Part shown: in pieces, positions 30,501 to 38,824 of the stretch
How the letters are laid out: every line of letters begins with the position of its first letter
Numbering within the stretch: position 1 is the first letter of the stretch
Virus record (IMG/VR): IMGVR_UViG_3300022538_000960
Coordinates: 34,002-98,001 of that record
Length of the DNA stretch: 64,000 nucleotides
Source of the DNA: a virus
Reading direction: 5' to 3' (one strand)
Notes under the pieces: generated by a model
Database searches by the model: none
Told to the model about the DNA's origin: nothing
What the model saw: only the letters and a program-made list of their open reading frames with translations
Position numbers and translations under genes: made by a program

Positions 30501-30580
30501 TTGTTAACTTTGGCTCTGACAATAATTTAACAATGAGACGGAATAGTGGGCAGTGGCCGAATAAATTGAGAAATTATTGA
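24536..30580 (+). CDS. Single-chain two-barrel (DPBB) RNA polymerase fused to a DEDDh 3'-5' exonuclease; candidate virion RNA polymerase
   Basis: ExoI FIDFETFG (26054), ExoII AAWSAGFD, ExoIII HEASID (26672); beta-type MKVFAREHKGML..VDAVL (27500); beta'-type LIRIPP...MAHFDFDGD (DFDGD at 29378-29392). Confidence 0.75.
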   Translation: MPIIYDPEEDQFVDRHGYLFPTVLLGGGFLAWKKYYGSPQLGRKFSPRAFVGFVKDLDPQDYLRKYLTRPDKPELPLQRRLVETAVEYEKSKSVIEFLTDADMKTIHSIGSALPTPMKAEEIEFKRQVIRQFNPVTYDLVRSNVEKTQEVFNELLENVEESKHLQSVLKQQLERYRFKKSRLLIYSKFSEIISPEMLKSEAGHPVLMRQLWDMQKKQVQEARRLAQILQNETPETIVNLKIPKVLERIDPTTIIDERRARLQPAGKTISDTGIKLSYTNYKSFLQELRRARVDSKAVAAIESIDPLLRQHLNELAHTKPRITYALRDNAFNLQAVIKLSIQTKEEGKREIINLKIPLARGGRLRINGTGYIPQRYRGIKPLIPEIERIESDIYESVIRNLNKRFKSEVWHKVMDGDARGGERSINALIKEPIDERLIIESGRPVHDFIEQNIIQDARLGYLSPTRGFRTEDERRVVLDRFKKMQKLKLLLLEGGGKLKLPNRYAFIDFETFGTKTNYLPHQVTVGIIENGAVVDWYTGKIDPRSINTNYAFPEVDLKLSFKGKTREQVMKEFDEIGQPISKIRRDLEEFLRKNAKGGKLPVAAWSAGFDVDRVMGQQFLGAKAYLGETWDPMDLQKAIDPDVQASVSLRSVGRSRKIFVPTSSKKDLILNKKVIELFKKNRNLMSILKDKDPGFHGKLMKAVSEKQIRDLVMHEASIDVLVANKVFQDIAKDINLHSSVVMRDLNAMLLSYHRALTRSINPIGINHWTTRALGSNFPSLSPAQILQGKFTKFDIRDLAPLTRLGLDPTRPFYQQWVSAHLITKDVPDLITKTYKKIADKHGELFKSIDTLTIFNPLTAESAGLIDFQAADEMAIKMGTKEIRIPHTGKLKLIPELREYFEQIKSTRSPREREIVLSKLRQKMAKSYQKGSHFQEWLPGYTLLGEAEGFTFNTSTPLMSTIENIEYNNENKEIAIRLQTASRPEKYGHPMKVFAREHKGMLTPVEGLRSITWVDAVLRKDLVKRGRMSFMLGQIQRLTRNFQAIHSKLTPAQTFQFFETVKTFVSKINSMGGIKLDWQVNRGKLQFIDEITGKEWQKLDLGKIEKNWLQFSEGGWVKFMKEYSQKIRHMMISFGVKYSRHDPRLPYWTQGQIESMLSTEWGRRFPKKLVFADLSRAEQNAFREKIEVEMHDQLSKSELSKFFTKAELERWKSGTLMKGHLSLIQLFGGSWGVLEVTPASRAYEAGELYAKGTDVAIPRLSELVISGPVGQRLARSFTPQQRDMMNYMSNIQPLLRYGVLPESHYPIVKASEINLDPMTTHLGFKQEVGIIEDKSFRIKCVETGEIFNSLEEVPGRYLKQYTLRPMGMNAYMHPKTLESLYGQQPTIAEFNIGKKTVYVPRPALSFIRGAPAKVTKSGDPYTIVGKEIQTFKNLFVMAADYKLIEDKEAKKLAEREFFARVEDYRNMLLTDKSAYIKLTKPTIPGVQGKISMAFPPGMAKALGLPQDMFAHITTGFGVQGVSMESIGEEYFNKAMDAHQIKIGPDTGKFRGGTGSIYPNKLAFRESLSKGEELLAGTLIRIPPESKFAAFDTLIDVRRDQAAGMRLQLREAMMAHFDFDGDIAPLGFANLTPEDQEQVLKDLVNKQHIDREAHKTLAERIKKLHANVLEYETSKDAATKKQLVKELEQIQELEKTMNVNVYGQGIWVREAKPGVTPKEIKLGVGDEMRFRKMNLHQFMKGLPSIDLPGKLISLPGEELELHLSNMLTKTATAYSYRETMRMRASGRLFGGKLTQQYLDLYDQLVGKVTAFKKIPLADAEALTRAFIEPTAAESKTIMTKYLDKDAEQLWSQFKDWHTELGRLGVRRQINDLISSGMKRSPITGGQLALWGPSVELPTGKSRAILDFWGKEKFLDSFKRHGKKGGIAIALAALIAPIFLPHDNLYDKDGYPIIPTSFNISRPIFPSPIHVVPNDPTSHPVRTFRPQIMDPLLVNFGSDNNLTMRRNSGQWPNKLRNY

Positions 30581-30583
30581 AAT

Positions 30584-30597
30584 TGAGCTATAACATT
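30584..30597 (+). promoter_or_regulatory. Conserved motif TGAGCTATAACATT, copy 2
   Basis: Exact repeat of the 13256 motif; 3 nt before ATG 30601. Confidence 0.6.
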
Positions 30598-30600
30598 GAT

Positions 30601-30798
30601 ATGAATTACCAAATCCGAATCTCGGGGAGATTTACCAAACCTATTGATATTCAGAGTCTCGAGACTGCGCTCGAATCCCTGTTTAAAAATTTGACTGGGG
30701 AGAATACAACTATTTTCAATAATAGCTCTCCATCTCCCATGAAAAACTGGAAAAATCCATCTCCAATTGGATTACAACTGAATCCTTTAAGGACATAA
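30601..30798 (+). CDS. Small hypothetical protein (65 aa)
   Basis: ATG at 30601 fills the gap between two giant genes; no Shine-Dalgarno, possibly leaderless. Confidence 0.45.
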   Translation: MNYQIRISGRFTKPIDIQSLETALESLFKNLTGENTTIFNNSSPSPMKNWKNPSPIGLQLNPLRT

Positions 30799-30800
30799 TT

Positions 30801-33800
30801 ATGAAAACGTATATTCCTCTTGAGTGGCGACCTGGGATCCATGGTGGATTCAGCAATCCGGATGACAGCAGAAATATAGTGCAACCTCTTCTTGACCTAC
30901 TAAATTATTTGAACCGACGGTGTCAAGATCGAGGGATGAATCACATTATTATTACTTCTGGAAGACGGGGTGTTGAATACAACGCCGGTATTGGAGGAAG
31001 TTCAACGAGCTATCACCTGACTGGGCACGCCGTGGATATTGCCGTAGTTGGGCGATATAATAGATGGGAGCAGGCAATGATTGATAATTGGCTGCATACT
31101 GTATATGGTGGACAGCTCGCCCAAGTTTTATTTCATAGTACGGGGAAAGGAAAGACCAGCACGTATCATTTGCATATAGGAATCCGGAAGGGATCAGAGG
31201 GGATGGGTCCACTTTTGGAGACGGAAAGTAAAAGTGAGGGGATTATTGAAGGAAAAAAGCCAGGTGCCAATTCCTATAGTATTATAAGTGATAATATTAC
31301 TGGATATACTGAAACAATTGCGACTCAGATTCCTCTCGATATTTACAAAACAAGCTACGAATTAATCGAAGACGTTGCTGAGGAAGAAAAAACTGACGCC
31401 CTAGTTGCATTGGCGCAGAAGCCAGGATCATTTAAATTTGGAACGCGGTGGTTAACAGTGCCTCCTACATCAATTGCTTTTACCGAACAGAATAATATTG
31501 TCGGGATTCCAACCCTTCGTACCAAAGGCAATGTATATTGGAGGACTGGCATTAATTCAATAAATATAGATCTTGAATTTTTGTTCCCGGGGTTAATTCA
31601 AATTAATGACGAATTGCGGCATATAATTGCTCAAATTAAAAGGTGCCCATTCTTACCTCTTGAGAACTACTATCTACATTCACTGATATTCCCGGAATTG
31701 AAATCTGCTAAGCCGCAACCCGATATTCCGTATGAATTTACCACGGAAGAGAAGTCGAAACATGAGAAACAGACTGGCACCCAGGACAGACTTCAGCCCC
31801 AGCAATGGCGGTTGAAAAATAAGAAAATTATGGATATAGTTAAATCCGGGGATGAAAAAAGCTTGGAGGAGTTTATAGAAAATGGTAAAAGACATGGGTA
31901 TTTTACTCAAGATATTGAATCCCAGGAGGATAGAGAGAGGAGGACTGAACAGCTCGAAGGACTGCACGAGTGGATGAAGAAATATAGACATATTGACGTA
32001 GATGAGACCAGCGGACTAAGCTACAGAGATCAGCAGATGGTGTCAGCAATACGGTCAATATCGGTCTCTTCGGTTCCAGGATTTCCCAGAACGCTCCAAA
32101 TGAATTGCTCTTGCGATATTTTCAATTATTTCCCTTATACGTCAGCATTTAGCTTTATAGAGGATGAAACGAAAAATGACAATCCGGTTTTCAACATTTC
32201 CAAAAGTGTCCTATTTGGAAAATATTACAAAGGAATGCTCACCAGGAATAATGCCCAGGAATTCAAAGATGCGTTTGAATCGACAACGAAATTGGAAGCA
32301 GTTGGGTCCGATGAACGTATGGATTATTTGCATCTAAGATATATCTATTCCGAGGAATTAAGAAACCGCTCCCAATTGGCTCAAAGAGCCTTATTGGAAT
32401 ACATAGAATGCCTCAAAAATTATGGAGAAAGCTACGAAGCAGCTCCAGCCGCAGAATTATATGAAAATCTTTTTATATTTCTTACGCATCCTAGTTTCGG
32501 AGGATGGCAGAATCTAGCTGATGTCCCAGGGAACGTGGTAGATATTGTAAAAGAATTAGGAAAAGATGCCGTAATCGCAGGAAAAAGCATTATTGCTGTA
32601 ATAAAATTTTACCAAGATTCTTTTGGCGAATATTTGCTTGGAATAAATGCGAATGATGAAATATATGTTATAGGCACCAGGAGGGGAATGGAATATTTCC
32701 TCCCGCTTAAGGACGCAGTTAGAAATCCCCAGTATCGGATGAGATTGTTGTCTTATATCAAAGAATATTCGGTTAAGATCAGCTCATTAAAGTATGAGCA
32801 GCGGGATCTGAAGTTTGGAGATCAGAATTCTCAAATAGTTGGGGTTTCTGCATCAATGGAGACAAAGCTTGTACCAATGAATATATTGGCATTTACGGCA
32901 CCGACTTTTCAACATCTCGGAAATTCAGAATGGGTTACTACGCTGACAATAGAAACATCGAATCCGAATTTGATAAGAGAACTTCGCATGATGACCGAAC
33001 GCCTTAATCAAACCGCATTATCGCAGATTGCTGTGTTGCCCGAAATTCGAGATTATGCCGATCTCTCCGCACAAATTGTCGAAGGCCCATTTTTTAAACT
33101 TTTAGGGATAGAGAATGTAATCCCCGGCAACTTCAGATATTCAACAGTGGAAGGAAAACCGGGAGTGTTTCATATTCAAATCGATTTTGTACAATCTGAT
33201 TTGCAATTGAAAACATACGAGGCGCTTCAAGCTCCGGCTTATTTTTCATCTGATTTCATCAAGCAGTTTATTGAGCTGATCCCAACTTCAGTGCTTGAGA
33301 ATATTTCTTCAAAACTTGGGGCTGACTGGGATAACTATCATACAGTTCATGAATATAAGATTGGTGCCCGCCCCTTGACTCAAGCTTTGGAAAACTATCC
33401 AAAATGGTCAAAGTTTTTATTTTATCTATGTAAACCAATTCCATCTAGCCTATCCGGTAAAAGAATCCCAGTCTATACATTCTTGTTGGAAAATTTTACA
33501 TTGGATCAGTTAATTGAAAAACCTGAACCAATTAGTTCCACGAAGAAATTTTTATTATCCCCAGTTATTGGCCCATATATTACAGCCAAGATATTATCAG
33601 AAATTGATTTTAGTAGGAAAAATCTTTTTACTCAGACAATATTTGCGCCGATTAGGGATCTCTCTAAAGTATTGATTTCGCCTCTGCAGGCGAATATTAA
33701 ATTTAAAAATCTATTTAGTGAAGCGATTTTCGCGACATATAGAGGAGCCGTCGGGCGTCAGCTCAAGGCGGTGTTGAATGAAGCTCTAATTGGGGAAGAT

Positions 33801-36800
33801 ATTCCTCCCGAATTAGAAATTGATTCAACGGAAAGTGGACGAAATCTTCTTGGATTATTGCGAGAGAACCAAAAGCGGCTCCATATCAGAAATTCGACAT
33901 ACCCGGATTTGGAACTCCCGATTACTGCTGACTCCCCCGATTTTTGGTTTTTCCGAGAACCCTTATACAATGATGAGATTCGGGAATTTGCCAACGCTAT
34001 GGTGAATGGACATGAAGAGATGGTTATCAAATTAGCGGAAATAAATTCTGCCAACAAACAGGGGAAAGCAACTACTCATGTGGCTAAACTGAATAAAATG
34101 GCTAAAGAGGCTAGAATCAAAGACATCACGGTCACGCAAAAACTCCGGGATACTTATATGAGCTACCTAAGAGATGCAAGTGAGGATTTGCAATTCGGAA
34201 GAGACAAATCTAAAGATCTTAAAGAAAATGCAAATCTTATGATGGAAACAAGAAGGTCGCCGGTTCAAAAGTACTTAGGCCGCGCAGATGAAGCCACCTT
34301 AAGGAGCAGGCTGGCAAGAATTAAAGATGATATGAGATACTATGACGATTCGTTGAAAATTATAGATCTAGGGGGATATGAAAATATTGATTTTGAATCT
34401 GCGGCCGACCTGTTGGATACAACAATAGTTTTGATGAAAATGTGGGGGATTTATACTCCGAGGGATGCCCAGCTTGAACGGCAGATGCTCCAAGATGCTA
34501 TGGAGCTTGATGAAAATAAAACTTTAAGACTAGGTCGGGCATTCCCAACTTTCAAGTTATATTTTATAGAGAAAGATAAAGAGGAATGGCTGTTATTCGA
34601 CGATTTTTATGGATATGGCGCAGTAAAAGAGATTCAAATTAGAAAAACTCGAAAATCCGCAATTCATACCGCGGTGATCTCATTGTCGAATATTACGAAT
34701 GTGCTTCAAGATATCCATGCTCCAAGAAATGAAAATATTTCCAAATCAGAAACTGCAGAAGAGCAACCGGATGTTGATACTATGATGCTCCAAGAAGGTT
34801 GTGAAATTATGATTAAGATGGGTTATGAAAATGATTCCAATAAATTGAAAATTGTATTTCAAGGATCCATTGTGAGCATACAGCCCGGACCGGAATTGCG
34901 ATTCGTTGCACAAGGATGGGGTGCAGAACTTGCACAGCCGATCCAGAATTTTAGTATTGGAAAGTGGAGTACAATACGAGATTTTGGAGATGTGTCGACC
35001 GCAATTTTAAATAAAGTTTCCGGATTACGACATTTTGGAACAACGTATAATTTAGCAGAAATGTTTGATGATCTGCCAAATGTTCGGTATTTTTCTGATC
35101 ACAGGGAAACATATGTTGGTAGATTAAAGAATTGGGCGCTCCAGGGATTAGGGCTCAATCCCTTACTTGATCACAGGGATGATAATATTTGGATGCCATA
35201 TCATACTCCGCCTACCATTTGGCCATTGGCTCATTATGTCGAAGGGAAAGGGTTTGCATTCGATTGGAGAGTATATAATAAAACTGCCTGGGGGGCGCTT
35301 GATGAAGTATTAAAATATATGCCGGGGTACATCATAAAAATTTTACCTTATAATGAGGATAATTTACAATCTGCCAGATGCACATTATATATAGGTCCGA
35401 GAGATGGCTATTATATGGCTACTGATGACTCAGAGGTTGTCGAAAGATCCTCGGAATCTGAGAAATATCAACAAAACAGGCTGCTATGGTATAAGGATGT
35501 AAAGAATGTAACTGCGTCGACCGAAAATGAATTAATTGAGAAACTTAAGAACTTTGATATTGATTATGATAATAAGGATACTGACATTTTCAAAAATTTT
35601 GTTGATAAAAGTATCACATATCAAAATGGGGATTATCGTTTATTAAAAGCCGATCCTGGCGATCCTTGTTTATGTATAAAAACAAAAGATATTTCTGATT
35701 TCTTCACTGTTGAAACTTTGATTCAGCATCCTGGGTTAGCTTTCGCCGCCTTGATTCCTGGATTGCCACAACTTATTGCTGGGGCATCTATTGTCTCAGA
35801 AGATATAGCACGGCTGATTTCTGGTAAGGAGATTTGTTTAGATTGGGCGCCAGATCTTATAAAAAGAAATTATTTTGAATTGATTAATAACCCAAATACA
35901 GTTTCGACTACAAGACTATATGACGTGTACGATAAAATTAATTATGATAAATATGAACTAATCTATGGCACGGGTGGGTTCTTTGATCCATTAATTAATT
36001 CTAGGAATCGATTTGTTTATGGAAAAGATGAAAATCCAAGAAGACTAGCTGGAAAACGGGGGTGGAAACGTGCATGTAAGACCCATTTTATTGATAGTTA
36101 TCATCATATAATCGAAAATAATATGAAAGCTTCACGCGAAAATATGTATAATAAAGTTCATCTGATTTACCCAAAGGGTGAGCCTCAAATGGCCGCATTC
36201 GAAACACATCCCGAAGCTGGCGATTTATCTGAATTCGAAATGCTTGCAGATGATAATATAAAACCGGATATGATAAGAACTCATAAATTATTTTTCACAA
36301 ATATTGACGTAGACAGGACAAGAAATTTTGTAGATACCATTACAGGCATTCTTCAAGGAATCGGCCAGATGGTTGGACGTAATGATCGGGGCAATTATCC
36401 TGATATTCCACCTTATGCTGTTGTTGCAAATTCGATACTTGCTGAAGATCTCAAGGATATGTACGATGGAGAAATTATTATTTTGATGGATCCGAATATT
36501 GACGTCCATGATATCGTATATATCTATGATGATGTAAATGAAATTTATGGCCCAGTCGGGGTAAAAGAAGTTTATCATTATTTTTCCATGGCACATGGGG
36601 CTTATACAGTGATTGTACCTGACCTTATGTCATATCCCAGTAACTTAGAACAAACTGTCGAATTAGGTTACGCTTCAGCATTATATTCCGCAATGGTTAA
36701 GGTAGCTCTTGGTGGAATAGTATTTGGTGGGGGAGCCTCGCTTTTGGCGGGGAAATTGCTTGGTCCGTGGACCGGAGTGGGCATTGCTGGATTCACTGCA

Positions 36801-37082
36801 GCGTTTACCTATAAGCTGGTTTCATCCATAGGTTCTGGCGGAATAAATAAACTTATGGGGAGGGAAGGTTCAGAATTCGTGCCAGTATGGAGAAAAGGTG
36901 CGCCATTTTTGGCGGGAATGGATGGATACAGGAAAGACGATCTTATAGTTCATTATATGGATAAAATCACTAGGATCAGTGGGACATTTAAGCAGTTGAG
37001 TGCAAGTTTGGTGGGACTAAGGGATAGACCAGAAGGAACCCAACTGCCACTAGCACCGCTCGAATATATGGAAAGGAGATAA
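30801..37082 (+). CDS. Giant baseplate hub / tail-tip protein with N-terminal peptidase M15-type Zn peptidoglycan hydrolase
   Basis: ITSGRR..YN..IGG.STSYHLTGHAVDI...HLHIG (H-x6-D, HxH); hub-like IKMGY...VFQGSI; C-terminal Gly-rich hydrophobic hairpin. Confidence 0.7.
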   Translation: MKTYIPLEWRPGIHGGFSNPDDSRNIVQPLLDLLNYLNRRCQDRGMNHIIITSGRRGVEYNAGIGGSSTSYHLTGHAVDIAVVGRYNRWEQAMIDNWLHTVYGGQLAQVLFHSTGKGKTSTYHLHIGIRKGSEGMGPLLETESKSEGIIEGKKPGANSYSIISDNITGYTETIATQIPLDIYKTSYELIEDVAEEEKTDALVALAQKPGSFKFGTRWLTVPPTSIAFTEQNNIVGIPTLRTKGNVYWRTGINSINIDLEFLFPGLIQINDELRHIIAQIKRCPFLPLENYYLHSLIFPELKSAKPQPDIPYEFTTEEKSKHEKQTGTQDRLQPQQWRLKNKKIMDIVKSGDEKSLEEFIENGKRHGYFTQDIESQEDRERRTEQLEGLHEWMKKYRHIDVDETSGLSYRDQQMVSAIRSISVSSVPGFPRTLQMNCSCDIFNYFPYTSAFSFIEDETKNDNPVFNISKSVLFGKYYKGMLTRNNAQEFKDAFESTTKLEAVGSDERMDYLHLRYIYSEELRNRSQLAQRALLEYIECLKNYGESYEAAPAAELYENLFIFLTHPSFGGWQNLADVPGNVVDIVKELGKDAVIAGKSIIAVIKFYQDSFGEYLLGINANDEIYVIGTRRGMEYFLPLKDAVRNPQYRMRLLSYIKEYSVKISSLKYEQRDLKFGDQNSQIVGVSASMETKLVPMNILAFTAPTFQHLGNSEWVTTLTIETSNPNLIRELRMMTERLNQTALSQIAVLPEIRDYADLSAQIVEGPFFKLLGIENVIPGNFRYSTVEGKPGVFHIQIDFVQSDLQLKTYEALQAPAYFSSDFIKQFIELIPTSVLENISSKLGADWDNYHTVHEYKIGARPLTQALENYPKWSKFLFYLCKPIPSSLSGKRIPVYTFLLENFTLDQLIEKPEPISSTKKFLLSPVIGPYITAKILSEIDFSRKNLFTQTIFAPIRDLSKVLISPLQANIKFKNLFSEAIFATYRGAVGRQLKAVLNEALIGEDIPPELEIDSTESGRNLLGLLRENQKRLHIRNSTYPDLELPITADSPDFWFFREPLYNDEIREFANAMVNGHEEMVIKLAEINSANKQGKATTHVAKLNKMAKEARIKDITVTQKLRDTYMSYLRDASEDLQFGRDKSKDLKENANLMMETRRSPVQKYLGRADEATLRSRLARIKDDMRYYDDSLKIIDLGGYENIDFESAADLLDTTIVLMKMWGIYTPRDAQLERQMLQDAMELDENKTLRLGRAFPTFKLYFIEKDKEEWLLFDDFYGYGAVKEIQIRKTRKSAIHTAVISLSNITNVLQDIHAPRNENISKSETAEEQPDVDTMMLQEGCEIMIKMGYENDSNKLKIVFQGSIVSIQPGPELRFVAQGWGAELAQPIQNFSIGKWSTIRDFGDVSTAILNKVSGLRHFGTTYNLAEMFDDLPNVRYFSDHRETYVGRLKNWALQGLGLNPLLDHRDDNIWMPYHTPPTIWPLAHYVEGKGFAFDWRVYNKTAWGALDEVLKYMPGYIIKILPYNEDNLQSARCTLYIGPRDGYYMATDDSEVVERSSESEKYQQNRLLWYKDVKNVTASTENELIEKLKNFDIDYDNKDTDIFKNFVDKSITYQNGDYRLLKADPGDPCLCIKTKDISDFFTVETLIQHPGLAFAALIPGLPQLIAGASIVSEDIARLISGKEICLDWAPDLIKRNYFELINNPNTVSTTRLYDVYDKINYDKYELIYGTGGFFDPLINSRNRFVYGKDENPRRLAGKRGWKRACKTHFIDSYHHIIENNMKASRENMYNKVHLIYPKGEPQMAAFETHPEAGDLSEFEMLADDNIKPDMIRTHKLFFTNIDVDRTRNFVDTITGILQGIGQMVGRNDRGNYPDIPPYAVVANSILAEDLKDMYDGEIIILMDPNIDVHDIVYIYDDVNEIYGPVGVKEVYHYFSMAHGAYTVIVPDLMSYPSNLEQTVELGYASALYSAMVKVALGGIVFGGGASLLAGKLLGPWTGVGIAGFTAAFTYKLVSSIGSGGINKLMGREGSEFVPVWRKGAPFLAGMDGYRKDDLIVHYMDKITRISGTFKQLSASLVGLRDRPEGTQLPLAPLEYMERR

Positions 37083-37084
37083 TT

Positions 37085-37663
37085 TTGATAAAGTTCTTTT
37101 CGCGTATAGAGGAATATGATGGCAAAACCAATCAGGTCAAGGTCAAAGACGATGAAGGTCTCATCTATGTAGTTCCCCTCGCATTCGCCGGCAATATGGT
37201 AAGAATAGATGAGCATACTCCGGTAATTGTCATAATGTCAGATCAAGCGATGAGTGATGTTGATTTTGATAGTGAGCAAAGAATTAGAATTGATGCGGTT
37301 GCCATTCCGATTTATAACAAAGAGAGATTGGATCCGGATGAAGTTACTAATAAGCAGAAACAAATTGGGAAGGTAGTTGATGGAAAAATTGAATCTTACA
37401 TAGAGACTGGGGACTCAATTTATATTCATTCTGGGCGCGCCGGGAAACAAACCTTGACTGTGACTGGCAATCAAACTATAGTTGAAGATGCCAAATTCAT
37501 GAATCCAGATTTTTCATATGGCGACTTCGCCGCCCCCGAAAATTTTCTATTAAGATTTCGTCCAGATTTCCCATATATATTACCTGAGCTATTGCCAAAT
37601 GCCGATATATTTAAAAAAGCAGCGAAATTGGGCAAGGCGCTGGTGAAGCTGATGAAAGGATAA
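37085..37663 (+). CDS. Putative baseplate spike/gpV-like protein
   Basis: TTG start with AAGGAG RBS; between hub and gp25-like genes; OB-fold-like N-terminus. Confidence 0.4.
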   Translation: MIKFFSRIEEYDGKTNQVKVKDDEGLIYVVPLAFAGNMVRIDEHTPVIVIMSDQAMSDVDFDSEQRIRIDAVAIPIYNKERLDPDEVTNKQKQIGKVVDGKIESYIETGDSIYIHSGRAGKQTLTVTGNQTIVEDAKFMNPDFSYGDFAAPENFLLRFRPDFPYILPELLPNADIFKKAAKLGKALVKLMKG

Positions 37664-37664
37664 A

Positions 37665-38135
37665 ATGGAGACGGATATATGTTTGTCATACGCAGGGGGT
37701 GGGATTATTACGGATGATGGGGATCTGAAGCTGACGCAGGATTTGGATGCCTTATCAAGAGAAATCAGTAGGATAGTGCGGACAGTCAATCCCGCATGGA
37801 AAATATATCCTAATATTGGCGCGGGAATTGAGGAATTTGTTGGAGAACCAAATACTCGCGGAATCGCTTTGGAAATTACAAAGCGCCTGAATTATATATT
37901 AAACCAGAATCAAATAGCTTATCCCGGGCGCCTATTCGCGCGCGTAGTCCCATCTGGAGATGAAACCTTGATGATCTTCATTTTTTTGAAAGATAGTAAA
38001 GGAAGAATTCTTATTGACAAAGAAGTATTCAATTTTAAGGATGGTGTGGCTGGGCATATTTATGATCCTAGCGAAGTCAAAGAAATTGTGCCTAATATCA
38101 GACATGCAATTCCAACAAATCCTTATCTGCAATGA
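37665..38135 (+). CDS. Baseplate wedge / sheath initiator, gp25-like
   Basis: DGDLKL....L..EI...V.T...W..YPNIGAGIEEFVGEPN motif; synteny. Confidence 0.7.
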   Translation: METDICLSYAGGGIITDDGDLKLTQDLDALSREISRIVRTVNPAWKIYPNIGAGIEEFVGEPNTRGIALEITKRLNYILNQNQIAYPGRLFARVVPSGDETLMIFIFLKDSKGRILIDKEVFNFKDGVAGHIYDPSEVKEIVPNIRHAIPTNPYLQ

Positions 38136-38824
38136 AAAATAAATTATGGTCTCGGAAATATAATTGCTGTCAAAATTGTGGAATCATTGAAATTCCACAT
38201 AAAGGGAATGGTTTATGTATCAAATGTTATGACAAAAAGTTCCAACATGGATATTATTTAATAAATAAAGAAAACTATAAAATTAAAAATAAACGTTATA
38301 GATTGTCTCATGAAGCATATTTTATAATGAAACGCAAGGAATATCATTACCCAAACCACAAAAAATATAATGAAAAACGAAAATTGAAATATCAACAAGA
38401 TAAAAGTTACTATATAAAATATTATGAAGCAAATAAATTGGAAATTTCTAGAAAACGCAAATTAAAATATTATCAAAATAATGAATTGGAAAAAACTAAG
38501 GAATATTATCGAACTGATAATGGCAGAGAAACCAGCAAAATGAATTCCCGCAAAAGAAGAGCAAGAAAAAGAAATCTTAATTTTTGGACAAAAGAAATGA
38601 CCCAAAGATGGTGGTGGATGCTTGATGCCACTGAAGGATATTGTCCAAATTGTGGAAATTATTTTGGAATTGATAAACTTCAGATGGATCACATAATTCC
38701 ATTATCTAAAAATGGAATTCATCATATAAATAATGTTCAAGCCTTATGTCAACATTGTAATTGTTCAAAAAATAATATACTTTATAGAAAGGAGGATTAT
38801 TTTGCGCTTTCTATCAAAATCTAA
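38132..38824 (+). CDS. HNH homing endonuclease 2 (paralogue of 5794-6429)
   Basis: CPNCG...LQMDHIIPLSKNG.HHINNVQALCQHCNCSKN; very AT-rich; overlaps both neighbours. Confidence 0.88.
   Translation: MKNKLWSRKYNCCQNCGIIEIPHKGNGLCIKCYDKKFQHGYYLINKENYKIKNKRYRLSHEAYFIMKRKEYHYPNHKKYNEKRKLKYQQDKSYYIKYYEANKLEISRKRKLKYYQNNELEKTKEYYRTDNGRETSKMNSRKRRARKRNLNFWTKEMTQRWWWMLDATEGYCPNCGNYFGIDKLQMDHIIPLSKNGIHHINNVQALCQHCNCSKNNILYRKEDYFALSIKI

Noticed and set aside
22265-30580. Inteins in nrdJ or the RNAP-like protein
   Set aside because: No C/S-start...HN-C/S/T splice motifs or LAGLIDADG blocks seen; NrdJ is of normal length.
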